From Octopus sinensis (Eukaryota): DNA of 8,022 bases. The stretch's first letter is position 1; each line of letters opens with the position of its first letter. A program made the translations under genes and the position numbers. A model generated the notes under the pieces. That model was given only the letters and a program-made list of their open reading frames with translations. It was not told the DNA's origin and did not search any database. Where the stretch lies: the NCBI RefSeq assembly GCF_006345805.1, contig NW_021828615.1, positions 1 through 8,022 of the forward strand, written 5' to 3'. Shown here one piece after another: positions 1 through 5,892 of the stretch.

Positions 1-198
1 GACCACTCGTTAGAGCGCCGAGGCGAATATGGCCTGTAGTATTTCTTTCAACTCTTTCGTTCTGGTTTCAAATCCCGTTGTGGTCAATTTTGCATTTCAT
101 AAAACCGGAGTCTATAAAAAAAAATGTCAGTCAAGGAATTACTGGGGTTGATATAGACTCCTTCGAAATTAGCTGGCCTTGTGTAAATTAGAAAGCAT
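1..198 (+). mobile_element. Old, diverged tRNA-derived SINE (family 1 relative), 5' end cut by the window, different 3' tail
   Basis: Colinear with the younger copies at 498 and 1531: CGTTAG..CGCCG.GGCGAA, GTATTT, CGTTCTG..TTCAAAT.CCG (B-box-like), TTTGC.TTTCAT, ACTGGGGT.GATATA. It then ends in AATTAGCTGGCCTTGTGTAAATTAGAAAG rather than the young tail. Confidence 0.65.
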
Positions 199-497
199 TT
201 CCTCCAGTTTACGCTGCTGAATTATGTTGTTTATTACTTTTTTGAAGCTTGCTAATACAAGATAGACTAAAAAAATAAATAATTTATATATATTTAATGA
301 AATTAGTGGGCCAGATTTGGTCTGTGGTTCATGTATTGTCAAATTTCTGGTGGCCTTGCCTGATAAACAATAATCGTATACCACGTTTAAAAATTCTCTA
401 ATGTAAGGGAGATAACTCTGCGTCATTTACTGCCTTTACCTAGAGTTACGTAACTTGAATAAATTTTCTTTCTATGCAAGCGAAGGTATATTTTATA

Positions 498-697
498 GGC
501 GGCGAGCTGGCAGAAACGTTAGCACGCCGGGCGAAATGCTTAGCGGTATTTCGTCTGCCGTTACGTTGTGAGTTCATATTCCGCCTTTCATCCTTTCGGG
601 GTCGATAAATTAAGTACCAGTTACGCACTGGGGTCGATGTAATCGACTTAATACCTATGTGTGTCCTTGTTTGTTCCCTTGTGGGTCATAAAGAAAT
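498..697 (+). mobile_element. tRNA-derived SINE, family 1 (Octopus-type), with two internal 15-bp deletions
   Basis: Near-identical to 1531-1760. Head GGCGGCGAGCTGGCAGAAACGTTAG and B-box-like GAGTTCATATTCC. Perfect 14-bp TSD AGGTATATTTTATA at 484-497 and 698-711. Confidence 0.9.
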
Positions 698-833
698 AGG
701 TATATTTTATAAACGTTTCACAGAACGCTTCACGATGGTGAATCATGTGATATTATATTTTGAGTTCAAATACAACCGATGTCCACTTTGCTTGTCGTCA
801 ACCGAAGTTATTATAATAAACTACTAACGAAGT

Positions 834-1164
834 TAATTAAAGACTCCGCCGGTTACGACGACGAGGGTCCCAGCTGATACGATCAACGGAACAGCTTGCT
901 CGTGAAATTAACGTGCAAATGGCTGAGCATTCCACAGACACGTGTACCCTTAACGTAGTTCTCGGGGATAATCAGCGTGACACAGAGAGTGACAAGGCTG
1001 ACCCTTTGAAATACAAGTACAACTCATTTTTGCCAGCTTGAGTGAACTGGAGGCAACGTGAAAAAAAGTGTCTTGCTCAAGGACACAACGCGTCGCCGGG
1101 AATCGAACTCACAACCTTACGATCATGAGCCGAATGCCCTAACCACTAAGCCACGCGCCCTCAC
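834..1164 (-). mobile_element. tRNA-derived SINE, family 2, apparently full length
   Basis: Minus strand: A-box TGGCTTAGTGG and B-box GAGTTCGATTCC, followed by TTGTGTCCTTGAGCAAGACACTT...CAGCTGGCAAAAATGAGT, which resembles the conserved central domains of CORE/V/Meta-type SINEs. 11-bp TSD ACTAACGAAGT at 823-833 and 1165-1175. Confidence 0.88.
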
Positions 1165-1490
1165 ACTAACGAAGTACTGAGATCGATATTAACATTGTTC
1201 GATCATAATGCGTTGTAAAAAATAATTTTACTCTCAATTTCTCTTTCTATAGAATAAATACCAGTAAAAAAAAACAAAAACAGGTTACTTTGAATTAACA
1301 ACACACACACCTAAAGTTTGTTGTCATGCACTAATGTTATAAATACCTATTGTTTCAATAATTTAACTCGTAGGTGGAGGGTGGTTCAACTTGCTGTCAA
1401 GGAATTGTGATTTGTGAAAACGGGTTTATATGATTTTATGACGCATTTAATGTTTCTTAACTGCAGTTATCTCCTTTGCATATGACGACT

Positions 1491-2115
1491 AGTGTGTTAT
1501 GGTTATGTCTACAGGTATTATTGTCTGCAAGGCAGCGAGCTGGCAGAAACGTTAGCACGCCGGGCGAAATGCGTAGCCGTATTTCGTCTGCCGCTACGTT
1601 CTGAGTTCAAATTCCGCCGAAGTCGACTTTGCTTGTCATCCTTTCGGGGTCGATTAAATAAGTACCAGTTACGCACTGGGGTCGATATAATCGACTTAAT
1701 CCGTTTGTCTGTCCTTGTTTGTCCTCTCTGTGTTTAGCCCCTTGTGGGTAGTAAAGAAATAGGTATTATTGTCAGCACTGATTTTGTTACTACACTTCGT
1801 ATCCTAGACGTCAGATGTAAACAAACAATGAGATCGAAGATGAAAAAAACAACAACAAAAAAAAAAAAAAAAACACACGCAGTAACGGGAATATATGCAA
1901 TATTTCGGGAGTTAATGCTCCTTCATCAGCACCCATCTAGTCTCTTAATCCGCCCCGAACACATTGCTTAAAAAGCCACTAAATATATCAGTGTAACGTT
2001 ATTGGGTATACCAATTTTACATATTATACACATTCCTGGAAGTTGGTTCGTAAATATTAATGATTTGTAGGGACTCGGTATTTTGTTATATAACCATAAC
2101 ATACTTTATAGTATA
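1491..2115 (+). mobile_element. Candidate non-autonomous Helentron/Helitron2-like (HINE-like) element, copy A, interrupted by a SINE
   Basis: 16-bp inverted repeat with 15/16 match (AGTGTGTTATGGTTAT 1491-1506 / ATAACCATAACATACT 2090-2105) running into the hairpin ATACT-TTAT-AGTAT. Its core 1765-1827 matches 2209-2272 at about 52/64. The class assignment is inference. Confidence 0.4.
1531..1760 (+). mobile_element. tRNA-derived SINE, family 1 (Octopus-type), full length
   Basis: Head GGCAGCGAGCTGGCAGAAACGTTAG, B-box GAGTTCAAATTCC, tail ...CCTTGTGGGTAGTAAAGAAAT. 17-bp TSD with one mismatch, AGGTATTATTGTC(T/A)GCA, at 1513-1529 and 1761-1777. Confidence 0.92.
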
Positions 2116-2135
2116 ATAAACGTTTTATAAGTCAA

Positions 2136-2337
2136 TAGCGTGTTTTACTGTGTTAGCAGTGCGTTTAACAACACTTGTTAAAGTTATCTATACATATATT
2201 CTATAAAAATTATTGCCAGCACGGATTTTTGTTACGATGTTTCGTATGCGAGTCGTCAGATGTGATCAAACAGGTGATAGACAAGTGGGGTAAAGTGCAT
2301 GGCTAACACAGTAGTACAATATACTTTATAGTATATT
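2136..2337 (+). mobile_element. Candidate HINE-like / MITE element, copy B
   Basis: Perfect 12-bp inverted repeat TACTGTGTTAGC (2146-2157) / GCTAACACAGTA (2302-2313), imperfectly extendable. It is followed by the 8-bp hairpin AATATACT-TTAT-AGTATATT (2318-2337). The 15-mer ATACTTTATAGTATA is identical to 2101-2115. Confidence 0.45.
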
Positions 2338-2474
2338 ATTACCTGGCCCCATGCCGTCAAGAATGACAGCTAATTGTAGTATTTTATATATAAATAAGGT
2401 ACAAAATAATCACAGATACAAACGTTCACATACTTCCCTCGTACACGCACACACATACACACATATACAAACAT

Positions 2475-2536
2475 AGAGTTGAAACGCTGTTTGAATTTTC
2501 TTTTCAGCGTTGAATGTTCACCATCCCACTTCCATT

Positions 2537-2616
<80 letters not shown>

Positions 2617-2726
2617 ACACACACACACATTCACATGATTCACTTTTACAAACACACACACATACTCACGCAGAGTTGAAAGGCTGTTTGATTTTTTTTT
2701 CACCGTAGAACGTCCACCGTCCCATT
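2475..2726 (+). repeat. Diverged direct repeat pair (about 56 bp), each copy preceded by CA-rich sequence
   Basis: 2475-2530 vs 2672-2726 (AGAGTTGAAA.GCTGTTTGA...CACC.TCCCA) align at about 47/56. Confidence 0.75.
2538..2629. repeat. (CA)n microsatellite
   Basis: Direct reading; two TA interruptions. Confidence 0.98.
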
Positions 2727-2814
2727 ACTAAGTTTGCCATCACCCCTTCCCTTCTCATTCATATGTTGTGACGGAGTATTATTATAGTAGATGGTCACTT
2801 AAAAAAGTCATTAA

Positions 2815-3160
2815 TACTGACTACTGGTGTACAACAGTCTATTTAGTGGTAACAGTAGACGCGGTGTAGGTGTATAGCGGTCTTGGTAGTGAAGGTGATG
2901 ATGGTAGAAATGGTAATGGTGGTAGTTGTAGTGGTAGCAAACTTTGTGCTGGTCGAGATGGTGTTGTACAGCAGTATAGTTGGTGTTGTTGATAGTGATG
3001 GTCATAAAGGAGAGGGTGTGTGAATAACAGATAATGCTGAGATGGCGAAGATGGTGCCGAAGCTGGTAGTGAAGATGGTGGTGTGTGACAGTTGTTGGAG
3101 TCAGAGCTGTTGATAATGTACAACAGTCTGTTTGATGAAGGCGTTGCTGGCGTTGTAGAA
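2815..3160. repeat. Degenerate (GGT/GAT/GTT)-rich low-complexity tract
   Basis: Runs of TGG/TAG/TTG triplets. It generates the His/Pro/Ser-rich spurious minus-strand ORFs. Confidence 0.65.
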
Positions 3161-3199
3161 CTGTCTATCTTTTTACTGTTGCTACCTTCTTTTTCTTCT

Positions 3200-3465
3200 T
3201 CCAATCAAGACTCACGCCATTAGCCTCAAAGAATAATCTCTAATTCGAGCCTACTCTAAGTTATTAAGAATGCGTGTGGCAACTTGAAGATCCACCCACC
3301 ACGGGCGAAAGCTATGTTGTTGTCCTCATTCCGTAAACGGTGGATTTTAACGGGTGGAGAGCTGAACTATCCTGGGGTACAGAGGATTCGCAATCTAGAC
3401 TAGGGTCTGAAATTTTACCTCACCATAGTGGGTTACACCATGGTTCCTCTGCTTTGTGGCAGAAG
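3200..3465. other. Hairpin-rich segment abutting the family 3 SINE; carries a degenerate hammerhead-like motif on the + strand
   Basis: Minus-strand hairpins at 3446-3465 (7 bp) and 3422-3444 (9 bp with one G-U). Plus-strand TTGAAGA...CGAAAGCTA at 3284-3314. Confidence 0.3.
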
Positions 3466-3655
3466 TAGGAAGAAAGAGTGAGAGAAAGTTGTGGTGATAG
3501 AGTACAGCGGGGTTCACCACCATCCTCTGCCGGAGCCTCGTGGAGATTAGATATTTTTGCTCAATAAACACTCACAATGCCCGGTCTGGGAATCGAAACC
3601 GCGTTCTTACGACCGCGAGTCCGCTGCCCTAACCACTGGGCCATTGAGCCACCAT
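3466..3655 (-). mobile_element. tRNA-derived SINE, family 3 (head related to family 2)
   Basis: Minus strand: A-box TGGCCCAGTGG and B-box GGTTTCGATTCC. The head TGGTTAGGGCA..GG.CTC...G.TCGTAAG is alignable to the head of 834-1164, but the body differs. No TSD found. Confidence 0.85.
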
Positions 3656-3769
3656 TGGTGTTGCTGTTGTCGAACAATCACGGTAGTGCACAACACACTG
3701 TGTGTTAATGACGGTGGTAGTGTGGAAGTGAAGTACAGTTGCAATTGCTGTTGTTTGTATTGTTGATTG

Positions 3770-3836
3770 TGTGGTGACGAAACCGACATGCATGCTCTGG
3801 ATCAGTGCCCGCGCATTGTTGATTTGTGGAGTTATG
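3770..3836 (+). pseudogene. Short L1/Tx1-like LINE ORF2 C-terminal zinc-knuckle scrap
   Basis: Translates CGDETDMHALDQCPRIVDLWSY, fitting the C..ET..H....CP.....W pattern of L1/Tx1 CCHC domains. Only 22 codons. Confidence 0.55.
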
Positions 3837-3841
3837 ACCTT

Positions 3842-4115
3842 CGAGAGAGGTGCTGAAAATTCCTGGAATCGGTTAAAAATAATACAGGAAGATCCTACCC
3901 TATCGTGGCGACTTTTGCATCCGCTTGGTGGACGTTCTGAGACAAGATGGTCTACTGTGTTAATTATGATTTTATTCAACATATTCCCCTCTCAGATTCA
4001 CAGTTATTGCAGCGATCTTTCAGCTTTTCTATGCCCAGTAAAAGAACACAGAATGTTGGGCCTCCAACAAGGCCTTTCGTGACACCTTTAAAGCCAGGGA
4101 ACTTTTCAATACCCT

Positions 4116-4118
<3 letters not shown>
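3842..4118. mobile_element. Tc1/mariner-type MITE, copy 1, carrying a 69-bp LINE insert
   Basis: Imperfect TIRs CGAGAGAGGTGCTGAAAATTCCTGG / CCAGGGAACTTTTCAATACCCTTCG, with TA on the right (4119-4120). Colinear with 4227-4455 once 3892-3960 is removed. Confidence 0.8.
3892..3960 (-). mobile_element. 69-bp copy of the R4/Dong LINE CCHC-RHD segment
   Basis: 66/69 identical to 6350-6417 in the same orientation; encodes TVDHLVSERPPSGCKSRHDRVG. Confidence 0.92.
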
Positions 4119-4119
<1 letters not shown>

Positions 4120-4183
<64 letters not shown>

Positions 4184-4186
4184 CAC

Positions 4187-4224
<38 letters not shown>
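4120..4224. repeat. (CA)n microsatellite between two MITEs
   Basis: Direct reading; two phase slips. Confidence 0.98.
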
Positions 4225-4226
<2 letters not shown>

Positions 4227-4227
<1 letters not shown>

Positions 4228-4455
4228 GAGGGAGGTGCAGAAAAATTCCTGGGTTTGAGTAAAAGGAAATACAAGAGGATAAGTCAATTATGGTTTTACT
4301 CAGTATATTCTCCTCTCACATTATACATACTTACTGCGGAGGTCCTTCAATTTATCTAAGCTCTGTAAAAAAAAAAAAAAAAAAATCGGAAGGTTGGGAC
4401 TCCAACCAGGCTTTTGCGATACCCTTAAAACTAGGAAATTTTCAGCACTTCTCCG
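4227..4455. mobile_element. Tc1/mariner-type MITE, copy 2
   Basis: TA|CGAGGGAGGTGCAGAAAAATTCCTGG ... CTAGGAAATTTTCAGCACTTCTCCG|TA. TA TSD at 4225-4226 and 4456-4457. The CGAGGG terminus is typical of mariner-family TIRs. Internal poly-A expansion. Confidence 0.85.
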
Positions 4456-4557
4456 TACAACTGTTGTTTCATTTAGAATGGATCCTACTTTGAGTCATTG
4501 CAATTATGAAGATTTTCATGCTGCTTTGTATTTTTTTTTTTTTTTAATTAAACTACT

Positions 4558-4741
4558 GTTTTACTTGTTTCGCGGCCATGCTGGAGCACCGCCTTTAGTC
4601 GAGCAAATCGACCCCGGGACTTATTTTTTGTAAGCCCAGTACTTATTCTATCGGTCTCTTTTGCCGAACCGCTAAGTGACGGGGACGTAAACACACCAGC
4701 ATTGGTTGTCAAGCAATGCTAGGGGGACAAACACAGACACA

Positions 4742-4835
<94 letters not shown>

Positions 4836-5007
4836 CATATATACGACAGGCTTCTTTCAGTTTCCGTCTACCAAATCCACTCACAAGGCATTGGTCGACC
4901 CGGGGCTATAGCAGAAGACACTTGCCCAAGATGCCACGCAGTGGGACTGAACCCGCAACCATGTGGTTGGTTAGCAAGCTACTTACCACACAGCCACTCC
5001 TGCGCCT
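4558..5007 (-). mobile_element. tRNA-derived SINE, family 4, with CORE-like segment and internal microsatellite
   Basis: Minus strand: A-box TGGCTGTGTGG, B-box GGTTCAGTCC, then CTTGGGCAAGTGTCTT (CORE-like), an internal (TA)n(TG)n tract and a 3' body ending ...CAGCATGGCCGCGAAACAAGTAAAA. No clear TSD. Confidence 0.88.
4745..4843. repeat. Compound (CA)n(TA)n microsatellite inside the family 4 SINE
   Basis: Direct reading. Confidence 0.97.
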
Positions 5008-5063
5008 ACAATGAAACAAGAAACAAAAATAAATGAATAAAATCAAAATGACTAATGAAAATT

Positions 5064-5207
5064 TCCTTTCAATAGGAAGCAGAAAAGTTGACTCTCCAAT
5101 CTGAGCAAGCTGAAACTGGAGCAAAGCTTTGCACTCAGTTGGTAAGTTATGACAGAAGTGATGTAGGCATTCGCCACCATTGCTTGATCTTTCAGTGAAA
5201 GCTTCTT
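5064..5207 (-). pseudogene. L1/Tx1-like LINE ORF2 fragment (post-RT region)
   Basis: Translates KLSLKDQAMVANAYITSVITYQLSAKLCSSFSLLRLESQLFCFLLKG, matching the LSLxGRxxVxN...S...Y...FLW(K)G pattern downstream of L1/Tx1 RT. Confidence 0.7.
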
Positions 5208-5765
5208 TTCATATTCCAAATTCACGCAATTTCAAATTTTAATGGGTTGTATTTTTTTAAATTGCTTCATCTTTCTTTACAATCCGGAATCAAACCGATA
5301 TGATGAATCAATTGGTAAGAAACTTCGCTTTTACTTTATATAATTGTTATATCCAGTTTAATATTTTCTAGCTTCGTATCCATTTGAATTGGAAGATCTC
5401 ATAAAATCTTGAATTTCTCCGACTCTTGCACGCTTTCAACCCAATGCTGATACCAAGAACTACCAGCTTCACACCTTCATTTCTGACAAAGCTTCTAGTG
5501 TAAAATTTTCACAACTTCGTTATGCCTCCATGTCCCTGGTCCAACTTGGGGCATTCTGTAACAATGCGTGCCGTTGTTCCATCCCAAATTCAACCCCTTA
5601 TATTTTGCTGACACCTTCTCTCCATACACATATTTCCTGAAGTTGCCTGTTTTTTAACGCTGCTATAAGATTCTTTGTTTCTTTCTTCAGTTGCCCCCCC
5701 CTTTTTTTACCAATTCCTGATTTTTGTTTCACATACACCCTCAGTGCCTTTTCAAAACAACCTCT
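5208..5765 (-). pseudogene. R4/Dong-clade LINE relic B (C-terminal CCHC/REL region), heavily decayed
   Basis: With frameshifts and stops: GQLKKETKNLIAA, RIVTECPKL, WRHNEVVKILH*KLCQK, WYQH..ESVQESEKFKIL*DLPIQMD, KLDITII, KKYNPLKFEIA*IWNMK. Confidence 0.8.
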
Positions 5766-5892
5766 ACAAACACACCCAGCGTCCTAGGGTGAACGAAGGA
5801 TGAGAGATGTTACAGTATGGCTGATAGCTTGGGGAGGCAAAGTGTCAGGGGCAGTAGCAAAATATCTTTCATATACTACAACACAGATATAT

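Noticed and set aside
306-349. GTGGGCCAGATTTGGTCTGTGG...CTG resembling a CpG-decayed hAT/Charlie right end
   Set aside because: Too short and diverged; no matching left end or 8-bp TSD found.
444-455. Perfect palindrome AGTTACGTAACT containing a PAR-bZIP-like site
   Set aside because: One or two 12-bp palindromes are expected by chance in 8 kb, and there is no promoter context.
1080-1164. tRNA-like sequences here and at 3575-3655 and 4930-5007
   Set aside because: They have A/B boxes but no complete acceptor stem and continue into repeat bodies, so they are SINE heads, not tRNA genes.
2425-2443. TTCACATACTTCCCTCG|TA followed by CA repeats, like a solo mariner TIR end
   Set aside because: Under 20 bp of similarity and no partner TIR upstream.
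2370-2708. ORFs with (HT)n or (CV)n repeats, also at 3947-4287 and 4672-5036
   Set aside because: These are translations of (CA)n/(TG)n microsatellites, which lack stop codons; they are not proteins.
2828-3129. 13-bp direct repeat TGTACAACAGTCT (2828-2840, 3117-3129) as a possible TSD
   Set aside because: It lies in low-complexity DNA with a third partial copy near 2965; more likely a degenerate tandem repeat.
2811-3204. His/Pro/Ser-rich minus-strand ORFs
   Set aside because: Product of the trinucleotide low-complexity tract; no domain or splice evidence.
498-5007. Inverted SINE pairs that could form dsRNA for A-to-I editing
   Set aside because: Same-family copies are co-oriented; oppositely oriented SINEs share only short diverged modules.
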